Below, one piece after another: positions 17,036 to 25,238 of a stretch of DNA of 32,000 nucleotides. The position numbers and the translations under genes were made by a program. The stretch is from Candidatus Scalindua sp. (GTDB lineage Bacteria; Planctomycetota; Brocadiia; Brocadiales; Scalinduaceae): the NCBI GenBank assembly GCA_031316235.1, contig JALDRA010000001.1:1800001-1832000 (forward strand), read 5' to 3'. A model generated the notes under the pieces. The model worked only from the letters and a program-made list of their open reading frames with translations, was not told the DNA's origin and did no database searches. Position 1 is the first letter of the stretch; every line of letters begins with the position of its first letter.

Positions 17036-18253
17036 GTGTCACGTCAAGCTAGAATTGTCGTATATAATAGATTATAATATCTTCATAATTAAATTTTTTT
17101 CGGGAGATTTAGATTATGAAGAAATACATAGTAACTCTTGATTGCGATGAACGTAACAGGCTTGTTGCTTTAACGTCTAAAGGGATGCATAGATCCCAAA
17201 GATACTCAATGCATTACTATTATTAGCTTGCGACCAGGGTGAGTATCAGGGCAAACGTTCGACCAACGTTGAAATTGCCCGTGTTCTTAAAATAAGCATG
17301 AAGAAAATTGACCGGGTAAAGAAAAGATTTGTTGAAGAAGGTTTTGAAGTTGCGCTTAATGGACGCAAAGGCAATCGAGTATATGAAAAGAAGACAGATG
17401 GTGACTTTGAAGCCCACCTGGTAGCGTTAAGTTGTAGCGAGCCGCCAGAAGGTTTTGCAAGATGGTCTCTGCGATTATTAGCAGACAAGGTAGTAGAACT
17501 TGAATATACTGACAAAATTTCCCACGAAACAATACGCCGTATATTAAAAAAACGAAATTAAGCCCTGGCAACGAAAAGGTTGGGTAATACCGCCAAAAGA
17601 AAACGGCAGTTTTGTCGCTAACATGGAAATGGTGCTGGATGTATACAAACGTCCATATGACGCTAAGTATCCAGTAATATGTATGGACGAGTCACCAAAG
17701 CAACTTATATCAGAGACAAAGATGCCAATTTCTGCTTCACCAGGGCAACCGGCTAAGTATGACTATGAATATAAGCGTTGTGGAGTGTGTAATATTTTTC
17801 TGGCCTTTGAACCATTGGCCGGGAAACGTATAGTAAAAATAACAGAAAGAAGAACTAAACAAGATTGGTCCTATTTTCTGGAAGACGTTGTTAATACATA
17901 TGGTCATGCGAACAAAATAACATTAGTAATGGACAACTTGAATACTCATGATGCTGGATCGTTGTATGAAACGTTTGTGCCGGATAAAGCAAAGGAAATT
18001 TTAGATAAATTTGAGTTTGTCTACACCCCAAAGCATGGTAGCTGGTTAAATATGGCAGAAATCGAGTTGAATGTACTTGCTGGACAGTGTTTAAACAGGC
18101 GGATTGATAATATTACAAAGATAAAAAAGAAGTACAGTCATGGCAGAAATTTAGAAACAATAAGAAATCAAAGGCTAACTGGCAGTTTACTACGATTGAT
18201 GCCAGGATAAGATTATCTAAACTTTACCCGACACTTGATGATTGACGTGACAC
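17036..18253 (+). mobile_element. IS630-family insertion sequence, 1218 bp, with TA target-site duplication in a CTAG target
   Basis: The terminal inverted repeats are gtgtcacgtcaa (17036-17047) and ttgacgtgacac (18242-18253). They are flanked by TA (17034-17035) and TA (18254-18255), in the contexts cTAg on the left and cTAg on the right. Size and transposase sequence are typical of IS630/Tc1-mariner elements. Confidence 0.9.
17116..18245 (+). pseudogene. IS630-family DDE transposase, interrupted by three frame changes
   Basis: The pieces read as follows:
- MKKYIVTLDCDERNRLVALTSKGMHRSQ, then a -1 shift;
- KILNALLLLACDQGEY..KKIDRVKKRFVEEGFEVAL..ETIRRILKK, then a +1 shift;
- NEIKPWQRKGWVIPPKENGSFVANMEMVLDVY..VICMDE..LVMDNLNTH..PKHGSWLNMAEIE, then a -1 shift;
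- EVQSWQKFRNNKKSKANWQFTTIDARIRLSKLYPTLDD.
The breaks map to A3 (17198-17200), A7 (17546-17552) and A6 (18123-18128). Confidence 0.85.
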
Positions 18254-18608
18254 TAGGCAGCTGATGACTAACGATGCAGTAACACCAGCCCGGTTGGCAC
18301 CATGGACGGTTTGCTGGACTCGGGGCGTTACTTTTCGGTTTCAGTCTACTCAGGAGATTACAAGTCCAACAACGGGTATGAGTAGTTTCAGTGGTGCACC
18401 ATCTACTTGCTGCTGATTGATCGTTGAAAAGATAGCCTTACTGCCGGAGATAATTCTATATGAATAGCTTTAGAGGTAATGCTTTTTTTATTTTACAAAC
18501 GATTGAGAAGGAGGTGATGTTCTGTGAGCTGATAACAAAAAAATATTTGCGATTTTAATAGTGGTGTTATTCTTAGAAAAAATTTAACTGCAAAAGGGGG
18601 AGTACTTT

Positions 18609-19775
18609 ATGATTATGGAAACTATTCGAACCATTTTAACGATGTTTATGCTTTTATTGTCTTTAACGATTTCACCCTGCTCGGTTCAGGCCGATCAACC
18701 TGAACCAATTGCGCAATGTGATCTAGAAGGAGATAGGAAGATACCTACTATTAAGTGTGGAGAACACACCGAAGGGTGCAGGCTTGAAAAAAGCAATGAT
18801 TTAGACCAATTCTACTTTAATGGTATTGCGGGGCAAACAAAAATAAAGATTAAGATTTCTGATATTGAAAAAGATGGTGATGATAACTTAGCTTTACTGT
18901 TGCAGATTTGGGATCCAGATGGTGTTAAAATCGTAGACTATTATAATCATGGTAATATTTTGAAAGAATTCACACTTCTTAAGACGGGAAAATATGTTAT
19001 GGGCATCAGCGATGTGCTCCATGGCATTGGTGGGTATACGCTTCAATTTGATTGTCTCCCTCCCGGTGATGATGCGCCATGCCTTACATGGGGAATTACT
19101 GAGAGTGATACTCTTAACCAGATAACAGATCATGACTTTTTCACTTTTCAGGGCGCGCCATCTAATGAGATCACAATTGTAGTCAATAAGACAACAAATC
19201 CTGATATCGAATTAAAATTAGAGGTTTGGGATCCAGATGGTGATCTAATTGTTAACCAATGGTCGAATGGCAGTATTATAAAAGATTTAGAACTTGAGAA
19301 ACTAGGAACCTATGGTATAGGCATCAGCGATTATCAACTTGATGAACTTGGTGGATATACCGTACTGATAGAGTGTCCTTTCGGTGACTGTCCTCCATGC
19401 GAAGTTGAACCGTTGGTCAAGGTAGTGATTGATCAGTTGTGGAGCGCTACTTTTGGTGGTCAATTTTTGGGTGAATTTAGTCCAGGTGACGGCTTAATCA
19501 TTAACGACATGTGCACGGTAATAGATGAAAATAACCTTGAGTATAGTTTGTGGCAATTCTACAATTTGGTCGATCATAATAAGAAAATATTCCCCCTGGG
19601 CAGGCAGCGGACGAGAAACAGCCCGGGACACCACTATTTTGTGTTCAACGATGCAACCATCCCAGCTGATGCTACCCCCGGCAAGGGAAAAATACAAGTC
19701 AATGTACGATTAAAGAAAAGTGGTGAGCTCATTGGCAAAGGAAACTCCAGGGCAATTCCCATTTATATAAAATAA
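18609..19775 (+). CDS. Secreted protein with two tandem PPC (pre-peptidase C-terminal)-like domains and an unknown C-terminal domain
   Basis: 388 aa. ggggga lies upstream of the ATG, and the signal peptide is ILTMFMLLLSLTISPCSVQA. Two homologous segments are present: DLDQFYFNG..LLLQIWDPDGVKIVD..GKYVMGISD..GGYTLQFDC and DHDFFTFQG..LKLEVWDPDGDLIVN..GTYGIGISD..GGYTVLIEC. A 17-nt identical core, tttgggatccagatggtg, occurs in both. Confidence 0.7.
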   Translation: MIMETIRTILTMFMLLLSLTISPCSVQADQPEPIAQCDLEGDRKIPTIKCGEHTEGCRLEKSNDLDQFYFNGIAGQTKIKIKISDIEKDGDDNLALLLQIWDPDGVKIVDYYNHGNILKEFTLLKTGKYVMGISDVLHGIGGYTLQFDCLPPGDDAPCLTWGITESDTLNQITDHDFFTFQGAPSNEITIVVNKTTNPDIELKLEVWDPDGDLIVNQWSNGSIIKDLELEKLGTYGIGISDYQLDELGGYTVLIECPFGDCPPCEVEPLVKVVIDQLWSATFGGQFLGEFSPGDGLIINDMCTVIDENNLEYSLWQFYNLVDHNKKIFPLGRQRTRNSPGHHYFVFNDATIPADATPGKGKIQVNVRLKKSGELIGKGNSRAIPIYIK

Positions 19776-19787
19776 ATCTAACAGGCT

Positions 19788-19840
19788 GCAAGGAAAGGGT
19801 ATAGAGTGAGGAGAAAAAAGCACTCTACCCTTTCCCTTGC
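19788..19840 (+). terminator. Strong imperfect hairpin after the PPC-domain gene
   Basis: gcaaggaaagggtatagagtg (19788-19808) pairs with cactctaccctttcccttgc (19821-19840). About 19 bp pair in three blocks with two small bulges, around a 12-nt loop. The structure starts 13 nt after the stop at 19775. Confidence 0.5.
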
Positions 19841-20279
19841 ACCATTCAATTGTTTTCCTGAGTGGCAACCTTGTATGAATTGGCCAGCCCCGGGAAAGAT
19901 CCCTTCTATTAAGACCGATCGCCGCAGGTTATTTGATTCGAAAGAAATAGACACATTAATGGAAAGCCTGAAATGTCATTACCACAAGCATGAAAAAACA
20001 GCAAATAAAATCGTTGGAGATATCCGTGACAGAGATCTCTAATTCTTCTGACAGCATCATGCAGGCACGATCAGGTTTCGTGAAAGGAGAGGTGAAAGAG
20101 TAAAACCAGCTACCATCAATCGTGAATTAGCCATGCACCAAAAGGCTTTCAGTTAAGAAGTTGAAGAATGGGAATGGCTCAAGGATAAACCTTTTCGTAA
20201 AATAAGAAACGAGGAGGAGAAATCACAGCTCTTGACTACAATTGGGAAAACAGGGTGTGTCCTGAAAGCCCAGATATGA
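19806..20279 (+). pseudogene. Tyrosine recombinase (phage-type integrase) N-terminal fragment with in-frame stops; catalytic domain missing
   Basis: A single frame reads ..KIVGDIRDRDL*FF*QHHAGTIRFRERRGERVKPATINRELAMHQKAFS*EVEEWEWLKDKPFRKIRNEEEKSQLLTT.., with stops at 20040, 20049 and 20154. The segment R..G.....TINRELA....AF..A..EW.WL..NP is the SAM-like core-binding domain signature of integrases. Nothing resembling the R..HxxR..Y catalytic domain follows before the tRNA. The apparent GTG start lies inside the hairpin at 19788-19840. Confidence 0.5.
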
Positions 20280-20299
20280 CGTAACCTGTTGTTATTAAA

Positions 20300-20373
20300 T
20301 GGCTGGGGAACAAGGATTCGAACCTAGACTAATTGAGTCAGAGTCAATCGTGCTACCATTACACTATTCCCCA
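20300..20373 (-). tRNA. tRNA-Gln (anticodon CUG), CCA encoded
   Basis: The minus strand reads TGGGGAA TA GTGT AATGGTA GCAC G ATTGA CTCTGAC TCAAT TAGT CTAGG TTCGAAT CCTTG TTCCCCA G CCA. This gives a cloverleaf with U1-A72, G73 and anticodon CTG. There is one U-U mismatch in the T-stem. Confidence 0.9.
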
Positions 20374-20434
20374 GTAATAGTATAGTGACAGTATTTTAAT
20401 TCATGTAAATATAATATCAATAGAAAAATTCTCT

Positions 20435-21205
20435 TCATGTAGCGGCGATTGAGGTAGCGGGAGGCTTCCTGCCTATATGGATGGTAACAATGCCAAATGT
20501 TCTTTGAAAAAATTTTACCTCTATCAAGCCACACTCTTCCATCTTCCTCTTCAACTCTTCCTTATCCGGAAATGCCAGGACCGAATCGGGTAAATATGAA
20601 TATGCATCAAACTTACTTTGAGATATTATCTTCCCAATTACCGGCAAAATCTTCCTGAAGTAGAAAAAATATATATACCTGAAAATAAAGTTGGTTGGTT
20701 GTGAAAATTCAAGGATAATGACCTTTCCGTCCGGCACAACTACCCTTGCCATCTCTTTAATCCCTGCCATTAAGTCTGTAACGTTTCTTATCCCAAACCC
20801 GACAGTAGATATTTCAAAGGCATTATCATGGAATGGTAGTTTCAGCGTATCCGCCTCAATAAGCGTTACTTTATCTTCTAAATGCCTCTTTTTAATCTTC
20901 GGTTTTCCGTAGCGCAGCATATCGTGACAGTAATCGCTGCCGACAACAAGCCCGTTTCCATTTAATTGCTGGGAAAATGAGATTGCAAGGTCGCCTGTTC
21001 CGGTACAGACATCAAGTATTTTCATATCTGACCTGATACCGCTCAGTGTTACGGCAGATTTCCTCCAGGACTTATCTCGATTAAGACTCAGAAAAGAGTT
21101 GAGAAAATCATACACTCTCACAATGGAAGAAAACATACTTTTTATATTTTCTGCTCTCTCTTTCAGCACTTCCTGCTCTGTTGGCGGCTCATCACCAGTA
21201 TTCAT
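20435..21205 (-). CDS. ubiE: Demethylmenaquinone / ubiquinone-precursor C-methyltransferase (UbiE/MenG family)
   Basis: Motifs are FSSIVRVYDFLNSFLSLNRDKSWRK, the SAM-binding motif ILDVCTGTGDLA, FGIRNVTD and GKVIILEFSQP. The track ORF starts at 21322, inside the upstream gene. The ATG at 21205 (MNTGDEPP..) is preferred, 4 nt after the upstream stop. Confidence 0.85.
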   Translation of the reverse strand: MNTGDEPPTEQEVLKERAENIKSMFSSIVRVYDFLNSFLSLNRDKSWRKSAVTLSGIRSDMKILDVCTGTGDLAISFSQQLNGNGLVVGSDYCHDMLRYGKPKIKKRHLEDKVTLIEADTLKLPFHDNAFEISTVGFGIRNVTDLMAGIKEMARVVVPDGKVIILEFSQPTNFIFRYIYFFYFRKILPVIGKIISQSKFDAYSYLPDSVLAFPDKEELKRKMEECGLIEVKFFQRTFGIVTIHIGRKPPATSIAAT

Positions 21206-21209
21206 TGTT

Positions 21210-22277
21210 TCAATCAAATTTAAATCCCTCTTTACGGAAATCAAGCAGGCAGGCATCCACCACCCTGGTATCATAAAGTATTCCTTTATTCTGCACGATT
21301 TCATCCAGTGCCTGGTCCACACCGAGGGCAGGTCGATAGGGCCGATGCAGCGTCATTGCCTCGACGACATCTGCCACACACAAAATTTTCGATTCCAGGA
21401 GTATCTCATCCCCCTTTAGCCCTAAGGGGTATCCAGAACCATCTATCTTTTCATGATGCTGGTATACAATTTTTGCAATTGGCCACTTGAACTCAATTTT
21501 CTTCAATATATCATAACCGACTTGCGGGTGTGTCTTAATCATGCTGAGTTCGATTTCTGATAAAGGCCCGGACTTATTGAGAATCTCAGCCGGTATCTGG
21601 ATTTTTCCGACATCATGAATTATCCCAGCCATTTGAATTCCTTCAATCTGATCCTTTGACAGATTCATTTCTTTTGCAATGACGCAGGCGAGATCTGCCA
21701 CTCTCAACTGGTGACCAGCGGTATATGGATCCCTTATTTCCACCGTCAAGGCCATGGCCTGTATCGTTCCCTCCATATTTGTTCTCAGCTTGTCAGAACT
21801 CTGCTGGAGTTCTTTATAGAGATCTTCACTGAATCTGACATTTCTGAGGATATTTCCATATGATTCAACAGCACTTGCCACAGTATCAAGCAGTTGTTCC
21901 GGATCACTCCCTTTTATGACATATGCATGCGGTTTAAATTGCCTCCTTATGTCTCTCCTGTCTTCTCTTTTTGTCGCAACACCCGTATGGAAAATTATGG
22001 GTACGTAAGGATTTTTCGCCTTGATTTTTTCAAACACTTCAAGACCTGTAATATCAGGCATGTCAATATCTAAAACGACAGCGTGAATGCCTTTGTCTAA
22101 TTTATCAATTGCCTCCTTGCCCGTTGGACACAGTTTCACCAGATAGCCCTCTTCTTCAAGTAAAACCTCCGTAGTCTTGAGAACGGAGCCTTCATCATCA
22201 ACTACCATAACTGTCGGTTTTTCTCTTTCAAAGTTGCTAAGGTTATCAACAACTTTTATACCAGCATACTTGTTCAC
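21210..22277 (-). CDS. Response regulator with HD-GYP output domain (putative c-di-GMP phosphodiesterase)
   Basis: 355 aa. The receiver domain reads TVMVVDDEGS..AVVLDIDMPDITGLEVF..IIFHTG. The HD-GYP domain has an intact HD (IIHDVGKIQIP) and an intact HHEKIDGSGYPLGL. Confidence 0.9.
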   Translation of the reverse strand: MNKYAGIKVVDNLSNFEREKPTVMVVDDEGSVLKTTEVLLEEEGYLVKLCPTGKEAIDKLDKGIHAVVLDIDMPDITGLEVFEKIKAKNPYVPIIFHTGVATKREDRRDIRRQFKPHAYVIKGSDPEQLLDTVASAVESYGNILRNVRFSEDLYKELQQSSDKLRTNMEGTIQAMALTVEIRDPYTAGHQLRVADLACVIAKEMNLSKDQIEGIQMAGIIHDVGKIQIPAEILNKSGPLSEIELSMIKTHPQVGYDILKKIEFKWPIAKIVYQHHEKIDGSGYPLGLKGDEILLESKILCVADVVEAMTLHRPYRPALGVDQALDEIVQNKGILYDTRVVDACLLDFRKEGFKFD

Positions 22278-22663
22278 TTTTCCTTCCCCTCTTTCCCGAT
22301 CGCCCTATCTACCAGCTGTAACAATTCAGCTCCATCAAAAGGTTTCGATATACATGCAAATGGACCCTGGGAAACCACTTTGTCTGAACATTGATCAGAA
22401 TCGAGTCCCGTCATCATTATTACGTTTGTATCAGGATTTATCTTTTTTACCTCTCTGGATGTTTTCCAGCCATCGATCCCCGGCATTCTTACATCTATAA
22501 AGGCCACATTAAAATTTAACTTTCTCGCCGCATTTATCCCATGATAACCATCCTCTGCCACTACAACATGGTAGCCGGCATACTCCAGTAACCCGGCGAG
22601 AGCCATCCTCATCCCCGGTGCATCATCAATAACGAGTATGTTGATTTTCTGCTGCATCCTCAT
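22274..22663 (-). CDS. Stand-alone CheY-like response regulator receiver
   Basis: 129 aa: INILVIDDAPGMR..VAFIDVRMPGIDGW..VIMMTG..KPF. ATGA overlaps occur at both ends (22660-22663 and 22274-22277). Confidence 0.85.
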   Translation of the reverse strand: MRMQQKINILVIDDAPGMRMALAGLLEYAGYHVVVAEDGYHGINAARKLNFNVAFIDVRMPGIDGWKTSREVKKINPDTNVIMMTGLDSDQCSDKVVSQGPFACISKPFDGAELLQLVDRAIGKEGKEK

Positions 22664-24294
22664 CTCTCCAACGGCAACTTTATCATAATACTGGTACCTT
22701 CTCCTACCTTACTCTTCACATCTATTGTCCCTTCGTGTTTCTGAATAATCCAATGACAAACTGCCAAACCCATTCCTACACCATCAGGTTTTGTTGTAAA
22801 CAATGGATCAAAAATCTTCTTGGCCTCTTTTTCAGAAATGCCACATCCAGAATCTGCAAATTCAATTTCTATGTAATTTTTACTTTTCCTGGCGCTTATT
22901 GTCAGGGTACCGCCATCTGCCATGGCCTGGCACGCATTTTCAATGAGATTTATGAAAATTTGCCCCACCTGGTTTGCGTCTATCTCAACCAGAGGCAGGT
23001 TGGGTTCAAAGTTTCTGGACAGTACTATTTTTTCTGTCATCTTCGCTCTCAACAATGCTTCTTCAATGATTTCGGTAATATCAAATGGAATCTTTTTTAG
23101 TTTGGCAAAACTGGCAAACCCCAAAAGGTCATTAATAATCTTGTTGCTTCTATCTATTTCGTCATCCATAATATCAAGGAACTGCAGGACCCGTTTATCA
23201 ACACCCGGCATGTCATTGTCTGCGAATTTCCTTTTTAGAAAGAAGACAGCGTTCTTTATCGCCCCAAGGGGATTTCTGAGTTCATGGCTGATACCAGAAG
23301 CTAGTGTACCGACAGCTGCTAATTTCTCTGTCCGTATTAAACGCTCTTGCGTCTCATTCAGCTGCTCGTTTGTCTGAACCAGCTCTTTATTGATTGTGGA
23401 TAACTCCCGGTTTAAATCCCGGAGTGTAGTCATAACATTTTCCTTGTCACCCATAAGTTTTCTTAAACTTTTTGTCATTTGATTAAAACGGGAAGCAAGC
23501 ATTCCTATTTCGTCTCCTGACCGTATTTCGACCGTCTGATCCAAATCACCGGATGCAACCCGGTCCGTCAGTTTGACCAGATCTTCAACAGGTTTTACAA
23601 CGCTTCTTGCTATGAAATATGAAACACTGATACCTACGAGTACAATAATAAAACCTAGCGGGATACTGCTCGTCCATAAAACGGCATTCATTTTTTTATT
23701 AATTCTTTTTGGGGACAGACCAATCTGAACAACACCGAGCAGTTTGTTTTCTTCTTCAGCATAGTCTTCATCCACACTAAAAATCTGTGCCGCAAATTTT
23801 TCTTCAGATATTGTACGCTTTTCATGAACAGGAGCAACGAAATTGTAAAATTGTTCACCTTTATCTGTAGAGAATATATCAAAAACGGGTTCCGATATAT
23901 TCTCCGGATTGAAAGACACGGGCATGCTGGCTACGTTTGTATCTATCCAGGATTCTTTTTCTTCCAGCAGGATGTTATCCGGAACAAGTAAGACACGCCA
24001 AAAGGCCAACTCTTTATCCCTGTCAAGTGCTCGCAACCTGTTGATGGGATCTTCAAAAAATGCCTTTTGAGCTACGCTCATGGAATCTTTTACTTCTCCG
24101 TCCTGCGCAAGCTGAACTATTAACGAATATCCCCGTTTCTTCAATTCATCTTCAAGCTGTTTCTTTATTTGTGTAGAAAAAAACCAGCAGCTGGCTATAC
24201 CAATAAAGACAATCAGCAGACTGGTAAATACGATGAACTTAATTCTAAGGCTAAATCTATTCATAATTTGCACTTTCTTATCCAAAAAAATCAT
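22660..24294 (-). CDS. Sensor histidine kinase with periplasmic domain, HAMP, HisKA and HATPase_c
   Basis: 544 aa. TM1 is FIVFTSLLIVFIGIASCWFF, followed by an extracytoplasmic region of about 170 aa, then TM2 (SSIPLGFIIVLVGISVSYFIA). The HAMP domain reads PVEDLVKLTDRVASGDLD..EIGMLASRFNQM, followed by a coiled coil. The H-box is SGISHELRNPL, the N-box is IFINLIENACQA, and the G-boxes are DSGCGI and GVGMGLAV. Confidence 0.9.
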   Translation of the reverse strand: MIFLDKKVQIMNRFSLRIKFIVFTSLLIVFIGIASCWFFSTQIKKQLEDELKKRGYSLIVQLAQDGEVKDSMSVAQKAFFEDPINRLRALDRDKELAFWRVLLVPDNILLEEKESWIDTNVASMPVSFNPENISEPVFDIFSTDKGEQFYNFVAPVHEKRTISEEKFAAQIFSVDEDYAEEENKLLGVVQIGLSPKRINKKMNAVLWTSSIPLGFIIVLVGISVSYFIARSVVKPVEDLVKLTDRVASGDLDQTVEIRSGDEIGMLASRFNQMTKSLRKLMGDKENVMTTLRDLNRELSTINKELVQTNEQLNETQERLIRTEKLAAVGTLASGISHELRNPLGAIKNAVFFLKRKFADNDMPGVDKRVLQFLDIMDDEIDRSNKIINDLLGFASFAKLKKIPFDITEIIEEALLRAKMTEKIVLSRNFEPNLPLVEIDANQVGQIFINLIENACQAMADGGTLTISARKSKNYIEIEFADSGCGISEKEAKKIFDPLFTTKPDGVGMGLAVCHWIIQKHEGTIDVKSKVGEGTSIMIKLPLER

Positions 24295-25238
24295 GGATAA
24301 ACAATAACATGCGGAATCCCTCGAATTGTATCTAAATTCAACCCGAGTTTCTTAGCCGTGAGAGAATTTACAACCAGCTTAAAGGTATCAGGATAAATGA
24401 TACCCAATGAATTCGTCGAAGGTATCCTTAATATTTTGTTAGCTATTTGAGCGGCCTGCATTCCAATCTCAACATAATCTGAAAATACCGCCATCAAGGC
24501 CCCCGCTTTTACAAATACATCATTGGTGCAGAGGAGAGGGATATTATTTTCGAGCGTCCTGGTCTTGATCAGATTAAAAGAGTCTTTCGTTACTACAGTT
24601 CTATCGGGCAGTATCCACAGAGCATCAATTTTTCCACTTATGTCATCAAGTGCCTTATCAATCATGTCAGAGGATTTAATCTCATATTTAACTAAATGTA
24701 TCCCGATTCTTTCCATTTGCAGCCCAGCATCCTCAATGATGTTACCCGTGTTGGAAGGATCATAGATGACACCTATATTCCTCAGAGTCTCCACAATGGT
24801 TTGATACCCCATTACCTGATTTTCTATAGGAACCTCATTAGAAATGCCAGTTACATTTTGTTTTACCAACTGGTATCTCTCATGATTAATTACCATACAG
24901 AAAAGTATTGGAATATCTTCAATCTCTTCCTTTGCTATGGTAGTTGCCAATACACCAATTGTTAAAATGATGTCGGGCTTTTCTTTCTTAATCTTACGAA
25001 CCATTTTGCGACCAACCTTCATTTTACCGTTTAAATTGTAAATGGAACGAATGGTAATGTTGTTGTTGAGACACTCTCTTTTAAAACCAGCGACAACGTT
25101 ATTATAAGCAGAAAGGTTCTGGCTCTTTATGATTATTGCTGTATCTTTTGAAAATGCGTACTTTGCACCTGGAAAGAGGACAAAAAAGACGATGAGGAAA
25201 ACATACAATGGATGGGTTTTCTTAATCATGAAAAGCAA
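24291..25238 (-). CDS. Orphan periplasmic substrate-binding protein, ABC_sub_bind (PF04392 / COG2984)-like
   Basis: 315 aa with signal peptide LYVFLIVFFVLFPGAKYAFS. The layout matches the COG2984 family: PDIILTIGVLATTIAKEEIEDIPILFCMV, NVTGISNEVP, LRNIGVIYDP, IDALWILPDRTV, NNIPLLC..VKAGALMA, and LVVNSLTAKKLGL. No permease or ATPase gene is present in the window. Confidence 0.72.
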   Translation of the reverse strand: MLFMIKKTHPLYVFLIVFFVLFPGAKYAFSKDTAIIIKSQNLSAYNNVVAGFKRECLNNNITIRSIYNLNGKMKVGRKMVRKIKKEKPDIILTIGVLATTIAKEEIEDIPILFCMVINHERYQLVKQNVTGISNEVPIENQVMGYQTIVETLRNIGVIYDPSNTGNIIEDAGLQMERIGIHLVKYEIKSSDMIDKALDDISGKIDALWILPDRTVVTKDSFNLIKTRTLENNIPLLCTNDVFVKAGALMAVFSDYVEIGMQAAQIANKILRIPSTNSLGIIYPDTFKLVVNSLTAKKLGLNLDTIRGIPHVIVYP

